From the NCBI GenBank assembly GCA_013265495.1, contig MU061538.1, positions 2,315,339-2,375,338 on the forward strand: a stretch of DNA of 60,000 bases. Reading direction: 5' to 3'. Shown here piece by piece: positions 24,130 through 36,649 of this stretch. The stretch's first letter is position 1. The number at the start of each line of letters is the position of its first letter. The notes beneath the pieces were generated by a model that was given only the letters and a program-made list of their open reading frames with translations, searched no databases and was not told the origin of the DNA. This DNA is from Vicugna vicugna. Taxonomy: Eukaryota. A program made the position numbers and the translations under genes.

Positions 24130-24800
24130 ACCTCCGACTGCGGCTCCGGAAAAAAGGCCCCGAGAACCCAGACCCCAGCGGGCAAACCCGGGCGGCCCTG
24201 TGCGCGCAGCGGCGCGGGGCCCGGGGCTCAGGCGCCTGGGGCGCCGCGGGGGACGCGCTGGGGCCCTGCTGCCGGAAGGGAAGGGGGCCGGGTGGCCGCC
24301 GCCTCCGCGGCTCCTCCAAGTCGCCGGCTGAGGGAAGGCGGCGCCGCCGGGGAGGGAGCGGGGGCGTGCGGGAGGCCGAGACGCCCAAGGGGAGGGTCAG
24401 AACCCCGCCACCTGACAGGCGCACTTAGGGGCGAGGCGCGCGGCTCGCGCAGCCCCGAGTGTAACTGCCAGGGTCGCGCTGGGCGTCTTGCTCTCCGAGG
24501 GAGCACCAGAGGTTTGGAACTGGCCCGCTGGCCCCTGGAGGAGCGGAGGGGACGAGCCGGAGCCTCCGGAGCGGGTTCTGAGGTGCAGGAAGGAAAGGTG
24601 AGGTGGCACTTTCTCCACGAGGCGAAAGCACGGCAAACACTGCCCTGCGGGGAGGCTCAGCTGGACGAGCGGCTGGATGTGCAGCCGGAGGCCGGAGGCG
24701 AGCGCGAGCTGCTGCACACCCCGCCACGTGTCGGCGATGGCCTCGGGCCCGACGAGCCTGGCGGCGCAGCACCCATCACCACCCCTCCCCGAGGGTGGCA
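24130..24800. promoter_or_regulatory. Intergenic CpG island 1
   Basis: Dense CpG and GC-box-like GGGGCG motifs; not at the 5' end of either coding gene. Confidence 0.7.
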
Positions 24801-26829
24801 CCGACCTCGTGGATTCCCGCAGGACATATGGTGGGCACCTAGGGGCTGCCACCCACCCGAAACCATCCCGCCAGCTCCCGGACTCCCTCCTGTCCTCACG
24901 CAAAGATCACATGGCTCCACTTTCCCGTCCTGGACCAAGAGGGACATGCCGTTCTCCTCAGGGACATGCGGAAGCTACCGGAGGGCAGACGATGAGACCC
25001 TGGGGGTCACACTGCATCGGCGGGTTTCAGTGACAGCAGCACAGCCGTTTACACGGCGACGACAGTGCTGCATGACAGCGGGGTGTTCACCTGGATGGAG
25101 GTGCAGGTCTCCCGGGAACACCCAGCAACACAGAGCCTCCTGCCCCCTCTCCACAGGGTCGGCCTTGGCCGCTGAGTGGGAAAGAGGAGCACCCTGACCT
25201 CTGACCCCCGCCCACTGCGCGGCTGATGGCTGCCTGGCTGGGGGGATCTGCGGACCAGGTGGGGTTTTCACAAGTTCTCAGTGTCAGTCCCCTTTGAGGT
25301 TTTGTGGGGTCTTTACCAGACTCCCAGATCCACCTTAAGAACCACAACAAAACAGGCACCTCATCCTCAGGTCAGGGGAGCACAGGTGTGCCCAGGGTCA
25401 TGGCCTGACCTTCCAGGATTTGGGACCTAAACTCCAGCGTCAGCTGCACCTCAGATTAACCATGACCCCGACCGGGCCGCCCACCACAGCCGCCAGAGGG
25501 ACACGCTGCCAGCGGGCCGAGACGCCGGCGGCTTGTACTGACAGACGTGCAGCCGCTAACGTGTTCAAGCGCCGTCTGTGCGCTCCCCTCTGCTGACTGT
25601 CCTGAGCGGCTCTCTTGTTTTTCCCGGATAGGGCTTCAGTGCGGCACCGACACTGCGGAGGTGAAACGTGAACGGGGCACGGGGCATCTCCCCTGGACTA
25701 TTTCAGCACTCTCAGCTGCCCTGATAATTTTCAGTTGGGATTTATCATGAAACTTTGTTTTGCATATTCATGTAAAGTAGTTGTTTTTTCTTCCAACTTA
25801 CTCCTATTTGCATGTTTTTTTTCTAATACAGAGATTAGGTATGACTGTTGTCATCATTATCACCTGGTACCATCAGACACAGAAAGGAGATGACCCCAGG
25901 CTTGGGCTGCGGGCAGTCATGCTCCTCTCCCTTAGGAAAATGTCTTTGCACATGGAAGGTTATCCAGAGAAGGGCTGGCAGACAGTACACCATGCTGCCG
26001 CCTTTGCACACGCATCTATTTCACCCAGAGAAAGGTTTGAACTTTTAAAAACCTGCCTGTGTATAATACGGAACAAAGTTACCTTCTGTGTTTGGACACA
26101 ATCGTATCAGAGCCTAAGAACTGGTTACCAGAGCACAATTCACAGCTAGACTGCAATGCCTCATAGGGCCCCCAAACTCCTGCTTTCATAGCTCAGGAAA
26201 ACCAGCAACACTGCTGCTTTGGGACCAGTGAATCACAGGCAACAAAAGCAGCCCCTGCGGGAAAACATCTTTAAAAAATGCAGAGAAGAGAGGGCTTACC
26301 CGCTAACCCACAGACTGTCACTCACCGTGTTTCAGCACCTACAGCCGAACTCATAGTTGCTCATCAGCTGCTCAGTTATCAGCCCTCATTAGACCCCCTC
26401 CCCCCTTGCCCCCCTCCCACCCGACCCCCTGCACTCCCTCCGACCCCTGGCCCCAGGAGAAGCCCCTGTACGGACACTGCTTATTCCAGAAAGAACCAGA
26501 CACACCGCAGGATGACAGACTCTCAGCTTCAATGAACGGCTGGAAACCAGTGAGGCCGGGCGAGGGTACAGCCGCCGCCAAGGGCCGTGGGGGCCCGACG
26601 GAGCGCCCAGGACTCGGGCCATGCACGTTTTACTCACAGAGACACCCCAAAGAAGGACAGTCTGCCTGAAGCCGACATTACCTGATGTCTCCAAAACGGC
26701 AAAGCGGCGGACGTAGCCGGGCGTCCTCGGCCCTGGGCTGCGGCGTCCTGGCGGAGGTGCGGAGCTTGCTACCCAGCAGGTTCCCTCTGCCGGGAGCACA
26801 GCCAGCCAAGCGCCCAGACGCGGGCGTCT

Positions 26830-27200
26830 GTTACAAGGCGGCCAAGCAGGAAGACGGGGGAAGAATCTCAGATCTGCCTCCGGGAGGGCAAGGGGCTGGG
26901 GTTTGTGTCAGATAGACAACAAGGAGGAGGGCAGGCTGGGGCGGACCGGCGTGCGAAGCGCGAGGAAAGGTTATGGGAAACAGGTGCCGAACCGCTGTTC
27001 TGCGCAGGCGTAACTGGGCTGCGAGCCTCCCCACGGTCACAAGGGCCCTGCTGATGCTCGCGCAGGCCCAGTTGGAAGATCGGTGGTCCCATCCAGTCTC
27101 AACCAGCTCAGCTGGAACCAGATGCAGCTAGAAAACTAGAAAAAGTTCCTAGAAAACTCCAGAAAACATCTTGTTTAGGCCACGTGCTGCGTGAAGGATG
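26830..27200 (-). mobile_element. Possible degenerate ERV1-like LTR
   Basis: gccaagcaggaagacggggg..ctcagatctgcctcc..ggggtttgtg pattern resembling MER-type ERV1 LTRs; family uncertain. Confidence 0.35.
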
Positions 27201-27649
27201 TGCGAGTCTTAAAACGATCTTGAGAAGTGAAGGCAGATGACGTGGATTTGACTAAGTACCCACAGCCTCACAGTCCTCAGCTGTCTGAGCTTCCGGGGGT
27301 TCCGCTGGAGGGTGTGTGGTCATCAGGTGTTCTGGGCATCACTCTCCACACAAGGCCGGGGCCTGCCGCTGGTACCCCAGGGGTTCTCTGGGGCCTTAGG
27401 GGCTCACCAGCGGGTCGGGAAATGGAATCGTGACATGTGCCCTGATGTGATCCAGGGTTTTCCTTAGTCCCCAGCTGCTTCCTCACCCCAAGCCGGCCTA
27501 TGATAGGGACTCAACAAGGGCTGACCAGCGCGTGCCGGGTCCCTGAGCAGCTCACCCAGGACCTGGGTGGGGGCTCCTTGCAGTGGGGGCTCCTTGTCTT
27601 TGGTATGCTTCCGGTTGCAGCTTCAGCTCCAGGGCACGAGGAGGGGGCA

Positions 27650-28260
27650 CGAGACGGACAGAGCCGTAAAGCTGGGCGGGTGCAGCCCTCGGGTGGCAGC
27701 GAAGTGCCCTGCGCTTCCTGCCAGGCCCCCGCGCCCCTGGCTCCCTTCGCTAGCGCGTCGGCCGGCCGCAGCTCTGATCCAGGCCCGCGTCCTCACCCAG
27801 CTCGGTCGCTCCGCCATCCCGTCCCGGGGCTGAGCCCCGCAGCTCCTGGCTCCCAGCCGCCCCGCGCCAGGCCTCCTCTCCTCCCGGACGCGGGCTCCGC
27901 GTGTCCTGCGCGCCCCCTGCTGGCCGCCCGAGCGTGCAGCCCTGGAGACACCGAGGTCCCTGCGCCACCTGCGGCCGCGCGCTGCTTCTGTTCCGGCGTC
28001 TGGAAGCGCCCGGGCGCAGCCTCACCGTGAGCGCGGCCCGCGGCTCCCGGGGGCTCCGACGGGGCTGGCGGAGCCCCGCCCGCCCCCCGGGGTTCCGCGC
28101 TTCGCCTCCGCCAGGGCCCGCCCACCCCGCCAGGAGCGCGTGCTGCGCCGCCCTGGGCGCATCGGGAGCGAACGGCGCAGGCGCAGGAGGGCCTCACCCT
28201 GGCCCCTCACGGCCACCCGCTGCCCTGGGGCGCTTTGGCCCACAAGTCACGTTCCCACGG
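27650..28260. promoter_or_regulatory. Intergenic CpG island 2 with promoter-like motifs
   Basis: Dense CpG; Sp1/KLF GC boxes near 28074 and 28118-28130; NRF1-like GCGCAGGCGCA at 28175-28185. Confidence 0.72.
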
Positions 28261-28616
28261 ACTGAAGCAGGTTCACTTCCAGTGCCTGGAAACCTGTTTT
28301 CCCAAAGATTTTTCAGGTTGTAGTTTAAGAAAGTTGAAATGCAAATTGTCAGGCATCCTTCCAGCTCTTTGGTTTAAAAAGAATCCTGTGCCTCAGTTTA
28401 CTGACTACTGCAGGCCGTGCAGGACTCCAGGAGCTCCCGCCCACGGCCCCGTCGTCATCCCCTCTTGGTTAGTCCCTGCCTCCCAAAGGCGTGCAGCGTT
28501 CCTGCTTCTGGGCGTGGCTCTCTGGGCTGGAGAAGTTCGCGCTTAGCCGGAGGCCACGTGTCTGAGGACCAGCGGGGGCCGTTCAGTGGCTTCCTTGTGA
28601 GTCTGGGCTCAGACGG

Positions 28617-28900
28617 CTAGTGTCTGCGGCTGTGGTACGTAACACTGCTGTGCAGCCAGTAACCTCAGCATTTAGCAGCTTAAAACCTCCAACAGTTACC
28701 TGGTTTCCGAGGCTCAGGTAACCGGCTGCCACTTAGCTGGCTGGCTCTGGCTGGGGAACCTTGTGAATTTGCAGTCAAGCCCTGCCAGGCTGCAGTCACC
28801 AGAGAGCTGGGGAATCTGCTTCCAGTTTCACTCATGTGGCCCCTGGCCCCTGAACCTGGGGTCCTGCCCTGAGCACCCTGTCCCTCCCCTCCTCCAGGCC
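28617..28900 (-). mobile_element. MaLR LTR fragment (MLT1-like)
   Basis: cagcttaaaac..ttagctggctggctctggct..ggctgcagtca..tctgcttcca..tcactcatgtggc. Confidence 0.55.
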
Positions 28901-29269
28901 TCTGTGGAAATGGTAGCCCACAACGGGGCTTTCCTGGACCCGTCTGTTAAAATGCCCCCCCCCTTCGGCGTGCCCACCCACTTCTCCCACTCTGCTCTCC
29001 CTCTGGGCCTCTCGTCTTCTAATGAAACAAATGTACCTTGTTTTTTGTCCATCTGCTCCCGCACTGGGCTTCCTGGGGGCAGGAGTTGGGCTCCGCTCAC
29101 TCCATCTCCGCCGAGGGTGGCCTCTCATTTCCCACCTTTGGGGGCTGTCTCCATCCGGCTGCAACAGGCCTTTTCTGATGGTGGCCATACAGAAAACCCA
29201 CATCCAAATCTCTAGCTGTGAGGGTGTAGAGGCGACGCCCCTGCCCTCGCTTCTGCACATGTCCTGACT

Positions 29270-29350
29270 CCCCACAGAGCACGGGACAGCCCAGCAATGA
29301 GGTATTACCCAGCCCCCAAATATCAGTTGTACCTGTGTTAGGGAACCGTG
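29270..29350. mobile_element. hAT MER20-like terminal fragment
   Basis: gcacgggacagccc..tattacccagccccaaatatca..gttagggaaccgtg. Confidence 0.5.
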
Positions 29351-29354
29351 CCCT

Positions 29355-29697
29355 CAAGAGAGAGTTTAAGGATTAGGTCATGGGATCATGGGGCTGAGGA
29401 TTCTGAAGTCAGCAGGGCTGGAAATCCAGGGAAAAGCTGCTGCTGCTGCCCGCGACTGATGGCCGTTTTCTGACAGAACCACCCTTCCTCAGGGGACTAC
29501 AGCCCTTTGCTCTTAAGACCTTCAACTGATTGGGCGAGGCCCACCCACATTTGGAGGGCAATCCGTTTTACTCAAAGTCCACTGGTTTAAGTTTAAGCTC
29601 ATCTAAAATACACCTTCACAGAACATCTAGGACAGTGTTTGACTAACTATCTGGGGACTATGGCCCAGGCAAGTCGACACAGGACGTTAACTTCATA
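29355..29697 (-). mobile_element. ERVL LTR (MLT2-like)
   Basis: ccttcaactgattgggcgaggcccacccacatttggagggcaatc..tttactcaaagtccac..accttcacagaacatctag. Confidence 0.8.
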
Positions 29698-30164
29698 GAC
29701 CTGTTCGCTTTGAATTGTCCTTCCTTCCACAGCTGGAATGCAAAGTGGGCATGCTCAGCAGCTGCTCTCAGGCCCTGAGCATGTGCACAAAAATAAATCA
29801 GATCAGCCGGTGGCCACTTTGGAGAGCCAGGGTCATGGCCTGAACGGGACCAGGGACAGAACAGGGCAGAATTTCCCCAGAGGGGAAAGCTGGGATCTTC
29901 TGGGACCTGAGGGACATGGTCGCCGGGTGCCATGGTGGGCTGTGGGTGGGCAGGTGGTCCCAGTGAGGGAGGCACAGCTTCTGACCCGGGACGTGCCCGA
30001 GCCACTGCACTCCACCTGCCAACCCCATCTCCCTTGCTCTGAGTCTGCTTTGGCCCCGTTCCCAGCTCTTGAGCGGGGGTTCCTCACTCCACAACTTTGG
30101 ACCCCATGATCCAATGTAGAAGTTTACAGTTTACAACACATTTTGTCTAAAACATACCGACACA

Positions 30165-30454
30165 CAAACGTATTTATCTGTAAAACAGAGACATACTTAC
30201 AAAGAAAACAAACTCTGGTTACCAAAGGGGAAAGGGGAACAGGGAGGGATAAATTGGGCTTCTGGGATTAGCAGATACAAACTACTATATACAAAGTAGA
30301 TGAACAACAAGGACCTACTGTATGGCACTGGGAATTATTCAACAGTGTGCAATAACTAATAATGGAAAAGAAAAAATACAGATGCATAACTGAATCACTG
30401 TGCTGTACACCAGAAACTAACACAACATTGTAAATCAACTATACTTTAAAAAAA
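30165..30454 (+). mobile_element. 5'-truncated L1 3' end
   Basis: ggttaccaaaggggaaagg..gataaattggg..caacaaggacctactgtat..tgtacaccagaaactaacacaacattgtaaatcaactatact plus A tail; similar to 23370-23630. Confidence 0.88.
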
Positions 30455-30994
30455 CACCCACTCACAACCCCAAATGGGGGACATTATTTTTGTTTTCTCT
30501 CTGTAGCCAGATTGCTCCCGTGGGGTGTGGTTAATAAGCCCAGGGGTCAAGTGCTGCAGATGCCTGGGGCTGACCCTGGGGGTCCAGCGTGTAGCCAGGC
30601 GGACGGTCAGGAGGGGCGGAGCCCCGCAGAGTCGGGGGGCAGGGGCAGCAGCTGCATCCTTCCCAGGAGCACAGAGGGCACAGCGAGGCCCAGCTCTTGT
30701 CTGCTCGCCACCCTGGCCCCTGGAGCTGCTCCCCCTGGAGGGGGACAGGGTGGGAGGAGCAGGGCAGACTCACAGAACCACAGGCTCCTGCAGTCCTGGG
30801 GGGGCTCCTCTGTCTTTGTGACTGTCCCTCCAGCCCCTGTGATTTCTTTCCCTCCCACACACCCCAGTTTTTCCCTGGTGGGAAACCCGCTGCTCTTATG
30901 TGCTGAATTGGGTCACAGCACCGCCCACCGCAGTCCTAACTCACTCCCTCACTTCTGACTGGGGCCTGGTTTGGAGGTCTTTACCTCCTCATCA

Positions 30995-31270
30995 CAGATG
31001 ATCAAATGACGATGAGGTCGTTAGGGTAGGTCCTGATACAGGGTCTGGGGTGTCCTCATAAAAAGGGGACGCGTGGACACAGACAGGCATGCAAGGACGG
31101 GGTTTAGCTGCCCCAAACCAAGGGACCACCAGGCGTTGGGAGGAGGCCTTCAGAGGGAGTCCCACCCTGCTGACACCTCGATCCCGGACTTCTGGCGTTT
31201 AGAACTGCGAGGGCGGACATTTCTGTGCTTAAGGGGCCCAGTCTGCTGCGCTTTGTTACGGCAGCCCCCG
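30995..31270 (+). mobile_element. MaLR LTR (MLT1B/C-like)
   Basis: atgaggtc..agggtaggtcct..gtgtcctcataaaaagggg..cctgctgacacctcgatc..ggacttctggc..agaactg..tttgttacggcagcc. Confidence 0.75.
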
Positions 31271-33539
31271 CGCCCAGGAGACCTGCGGGGCTCAGTTTGC
31301 AAATGATGCGATGGAAGTTCAGAAAGACTAGCAAGGGCCTGGGTCCCACAGCCAGGGCGCGGGGGCCAGTGCTCCCCTGCCGCGCTGCCCACTCGCCTCC
31401 ACCAGCTGCCTCCCCTCCTGCAGGCCGCGTCCGTCCCCCTCCCTCCGCATTCCAGCCCACTGGCCCCCTCTGAGCTCCCCACAACCCCACCCTGGGGTAG
31501 AGGGATAATCTTACTTCTCCACGCAGAGGAACTCCGCCCTGGAACTCTTCTGTAACTGATTCTTTAGAAAAACAGAACTTTGAAGCAGTTGGCAATTTCC
31601 CTGAGCCCAGTGATGAATCACTGAAGGCGCACTTGCTGGGCTTGGGCCGAAGCACCCGCAGCTGTGTGCGCTCCTGTTTCTGAAGCCTGGTGAATTACAC
31701 ATGAGGCTGTTACCCCAGAGCCGGAGACCCCATCCACCGCTCACTGCCTTGGCCTCGGCACGGGCTCCCAGACAGCCTGCGGCCAGTGAGTGAACTCGGT
31801 AAAACTCCAGAGGCACCCCAGCCCCTCAAAGTGCTCCTCCTCCTGCCTCCACTCCCACCCCACCCCCACCCCGCGGCAGGGGTCCGCCCGTGGGATGGGA
31901 AAGCAAGCGGTGGTCCTGCCTCCTGGAGCAATACTTCCCCCCACAACTCGGGCAGGCTCCTCAGATGCCCACCCCCATCCTGCTGCTCACAGCTGGGCCC
32001 CGCGGAGGGAGAGGAGACTAGGATCCAGAAGAAATACAGGCTTTCCCTGCCCCAGGGGCTCGTCCTCCATCAGTGGGTGGAAGTGGAATTCTAGCTCTAT
32101 TCGGGGAAGATCCCCAGGGCCAGGATGGAGAGTGTGGTTTTGTTAACCACCCAGAACTCCTCCGTGTGCTAGCTAGTTCCCCCAGCCATTCTAGAAGCCC
32201 CGAACCATTGAGTTCCCACGTGAAGCCCCGTGAATGGTCTCCGCCAGACTCTCACCAGCTCTAAATAAAAGTGTTGTGAGACAGAATTTTGCACCTCACT
32301 CCCCAACTCTGTTCTTAGGGACGTCGGGTGGGTCGTGTGAAGCTGGCGGCAGCGGAGGGCACCGCTGTAAGAGCTTGCTTTCAGAGACACAGTCTACACC
32401 CCACCAAGACGTCCTCCGAGTCCAGCTCAGGCGGGCTTCTTCCCTTCAAAGCATGAGCACCTCATTCAGTGAATGGCTGTCCTGACTCTGAGAAAAGATT
32501 TAAGATTTCCGTAGAAGTGGTTGCTTAGAAACCAGAAATCTGCTGATGCAATCTGAGCCGGACAGGCCGACAGTCTGGCTACGACGTGTCACGCTGTGGA
32601 ACAAGGTGCTCAAAAGCAGGATGTGGAGGCATCATGGAGCCCAGGTCCTCCCCAGGTGATGAATCTGCCGTGTTTGTACATATGAATGCACCAAATGTAT
32701 GTCTTCTACAATACCCTCTTACTCACAAAGAATCCTGGCAGTGAAATCCGCCGGAACCAATGGGGCCCATCAGAATTTGGGTCAAAATGGGGTCTTGTGT
32801 GTGGAAATAACCCACCACTGTCTTAATTTAGGACGCCTGCCTTCTGAGAACTGCACCTGGGGGTCCGGCACACCGTGCTCCTGCGGGGTGGGCCTGCGGG
32901 CGCCAGGCCTCAGGGACACGGGACCTGGGCCTGCATGTGGCTGCAGGGCGTGGACAAGCCCAAGATGAGCCGGGGGCGCCGGGGTGGGCGGGCAGCCAGC
33001 CACACTCCAGGAGCCCAGGCGCTTCCTCCTTCTGCCCGCCCTCAGCCTGGAGCCCCCATCTTGTGACCTTCAGGGACCAGAGAGGAGGAGGGAGAAGGCA
33101 GACAGGGCCCCGCAAGAATGTTTGTGTGAGCTGCCAAGTGGCCAGAGCTTAGTCTTGTGGACCCTTCAAACTGCAAAGGAGACTCAGAGCTGCCCTTCTT
33201 CTGGGTGATGCGGGCCGGGCCCAGCAACAGCAGCGTTCCACTCCCCAGGAGGAGGGGGCCAGGTGGTGGGTGGACGCCGGGACGTCTGGCGGGAGTCGCT
33301 CCCCCATCCCTCTCCTTGCCCCTTGTTGACCTTTCCTGACCGAGCAGGGACTTGGTGCCTGGGGCTGGGAACCGGGTGGGGAGGCAGCCAGGGAGGAGGC
33401 TCTCTACTCTTGAGGGTCACATGTCCCTAACTTCTTCCCTGTCTGACAGGAGGGGTGTCATGCAGGGGCAGCCGTGCAGGTGCCGGTGGAACCTGGAGAA
33501 AGGGAGACAGTCGGGGTGGTGACCAGTCACCGAATGCTA

Positions 33540-33800
33540 TGTAGTGGACCCCCTAAACTTGGTGGCTCGAACACAATTACTCCTTTATTATCTCTCATGC
33601 TTTCTAGGGAATGGGGTTTGAGTGTGGCCTCAGGACCGCCTCTGGCCACAGGCCTTGGCAGGACGGACACGGCTGGAGGATTCACTTCCAAGGTGGCCCC
33701 CCACATGGCTGCGGGTGGGAGGCCTCATATCCCCCCACGTCGGCCTCTCCTTCGGCTGCTCGAGCGTCCTCACGCAGGGCTGCTGGCCCCCCCCCGGAAT
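33540..33800 (-). mobile_element. MaLR LTR fragment (MLT1-like)
   Basis: ccctaaacttggtggct..ttattatctctcatg..ggctggaggattcacttccaaggtggc. Confidence 0.55.
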
Positions 33801-34137
33801 GAGCGTCTTGTCCAGGAGACAAGGTATAGGCTGCAGGACCTCCAACGGCTTTGCCCGGGAAGGTGCAGGGTCACCTCTGTTGGACTCCGTGTCACAGAGG
33901 TCAGGCCTCCTTCCACACAGGAGGGGCTGCCTGGGGCAGGGTCACCAGTAGAGACAGAGGGTTTCAAATCTAGCAACTGGGTGTTTAATGAATCAAAATA
34001 AATACTCCACACCATGCTCTCAGCCTTCCAGTTAGAAGCCAGGGAAGGCCTTGTAGAGAAGGCCCTGGGGGCAGGAGATCCAAGGAGAAGCCCCCTCTCA
34101 GGGTCGAGCCCTTGAACATGGTCTATGCAGTCAGACC

Positions 34138-34310
34138 TGATCCTCAACTTCAGGGACATGCAACAATGCCTGGAGACATCGGCAGGGGTGGGGGTTGGAT
34201 GCTGCTGGCGTCTGGTAAACAGAGCACAGCAACTCCCCTGGCACCTCTGGTGCACAGGGCAGCCCACAGCAGGGCGGCCCCGGCCCGAAGTGCCAGGGCA
34301 GCTGAGGCAC
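34138..34310. mobile_element. hAT MER20-like element
   Basis: tcctcaactt..gggacat..caatgcctggagacat..tgctgctggcgtctggta..tgcacagggcagccc. Confidence 0.6.
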
Positions 34311-35522
34311 GGTTGCGTCAGCGCAGGCATCGCCGAGTGCAGGGGCGGCAGGTGAGTCCGGGGCGTGGGCACCGGGCAGGACGGTGTGTCCAGGGCAGTA
34401 ACAGGAGACGAGTTTGCAGTGACGAAATGGGGGCACTGGAGGCGCAGCGAGCACAGGCAAGGGCTGTGGACACTGGCTTACAGGAGACAGAAGGCTCTGA
34501 GGCACGGTTGGTCCTGGCAACATTTCTCATCCCGTAAAGAGAGAACCGGGCGTCCTAACGTGAAGGAGGAAGTGAAGGGAGGGAGGAGGGATGGGGGCGG
34601 AAAGAGCAGCCGGAGGCTCGTCAGAGCCTGAGCGGGACAGAGGATTATGGCCCGACGTGCTGGCTGCTCTGGGCCTTTTCCACAATCAGAGTCTTCTCCA
34701 GGAATCTGAATATTTGTGGGGCAAAGTCTACGCCAGGGGGACGCCTGCTCAGGCTCCGTGGGGCCAGGTCACTCAGCACACTGCTGTCAAACGTGTGTGT
34801 GTGTGCACGCGCGTGCACACTCGTGTGCCCCCACCATCCTGGGCTCGGGGGCTCTCTTACCAGGTGCCAGATGGATTCTGAGGGGCACCAGAGTTTGAGG
34901 GCCACCAATCTTTTTCCCAGTGTCACTCCCTTACTTGTAGTCACTTCAGATCCAAGTCTGGGAAACCACAAGGACACAGCTTCAGCCGCGTCACAGGGGG
35001 ACTGATGAGCCGGACCAGTGAGATTTCCTGGGAGGAGGCCCGCACTGAGCAGGAGTTGGACGCACCCGTGAAGTTGTCATTTGCTCAGAATCCAGAGCTT
35101 GACACCCCCCGTTTCCACCAAGCGAGGCTCCGTGTGGGCCTGGGGCTGTGCTGGGGGCCCCGTGCCAGGGAGGGGAGAGCCCCCGGGGAAGGTGCCAGAC
35201 CCGGGAGGGAGGCCTGGGCTTCAGAGCTTCTCGTGGAGGAAGACGATCCAACGGGCAAGTGCCGTCGGGCTGCCTGCCCGTGTGACCTGGCGCCTGCTGA
35301 TCCCGTGTGTGCGGGGGGCCCGGGATTTGGACGGTGAATGGCTGTCTGGAGCCTGTGGCCTGCACAAGGGAGCCCAGGGCTCTCAGAACCAGCATCCAGA
35401 GACCTGCCCACCCAGACCCCTGGAGAAGCCCCACCCACGAGCAGTGTCCCCAAGCCCAAGTCCTCCGCCGGCCTCCTGCCAGGCTCCCCACCTGCCCCTC
35501 CGCAGCGTGAAGAGAAGGACCA

Positions 35523-35884
35523 TGTGTCACGGCCTGAAGGTGCGTCTCCCTCCTGCCCCAGATTCACGTGTTGACGCTTTAACCTCTAACGGGATGGCTT
35601 CTGGAGACGGGCCTTTGGGAGGTGAATAGGTTTAGTGAGGCTGTGAGGGTGAGGCCCCCACGGTGGGATTAGCACCCTTGTAAGAACGGCACCCTCCCTC
35701 TCTCTCTGCTGGGTGAGGACCCAGAGAGGAGGCTGTCTATGAACAGGAAGTGGTTCTCACCCAGAACTAAATTCGCCAGCATCTTGTTCCTGGGCTTCCA
35801 GCCTCTAGAACTGTGAGAAATAAATTCCTGTTGTTTAAGCTGCCCAGTCTGGTGTTTTGTTATGCAGCAGAGCTGACTAATACA
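35523..35884 (+). mobile_element. Complete solo MaLR LTR (MLT1A-like)
   Basis: TG...CA termini; gggcctttgggaggtga, tgggattag..cttgtaaga, ttccagcctctagaactgtgagaaataaattcctgttgtttaagc. Confidence 0.85.
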
Positions 35885-36649
35885 CCCAAGTGAGAGCAGG
35901 CAGAGGCTGCATACTCAGAGCCGGCTGGAGCCCAGGAGTCAGCCATCACTTGTGCTTGGTGGAGACATGACGGTGGGCCAGGGGATGGGGCAGCCTCGTA
36001 GTGGGAGAAGGGTCTTGGGGTGCCCTGAGGGAGGCTGTGGGTGTGGGCAGCTGGGGCAGCTAACTAGAAGAGGGGAGTGTACTAGGCTCTCCTCAGTTGG
36101 TGCTCAGTTGGAAGTGGGGGCAGAAATTTGGGAAGCTGTCAGATGTTGACCAAGGCCTGGCTGTTTGGGGGCAGTTGCTGCAGGCTGTGGGGCAGTGTTC
36201 TGACTTCATACATGGACTGGACATTCTCAGTTTGCACACTGGTCTGTAACAGCTGTTCTTTCCCCTTGTGATTATCCCAAGAGCTGACACCTGTGTGCTA
36301 ACGGAGGGGGCCAAGGTCTTAGCTTGTCATCCCTTAGACAGTGTTTCCAGGAGGGGGAAATAAGCAATCTCGTGAAACCCTTAACTCCCACCCACAAGTC
36401 AAGCCGGCCCAGGAGAAGCAGACTCAGCAGAGGGAGGTGGTGAGGAAGCAGCCCCCTTCCGGTGGAGCTGGGAGAGGCTGAGGATGCCCACGGTGACTGC
36501 GGTGGGGAGGGCAGGCACACCGGGCTGGCGTGATGTCTGCTGCTTCTGGCTTTTTTGTTTTCTCTCCTCTGCTTCCTGATTCTTGGTCAAGAAGGGGGAC
36601 AGGATTCAGCAGGGGTGACTGGACTGATCCCCTTTCTCTCTGAGGGAGC

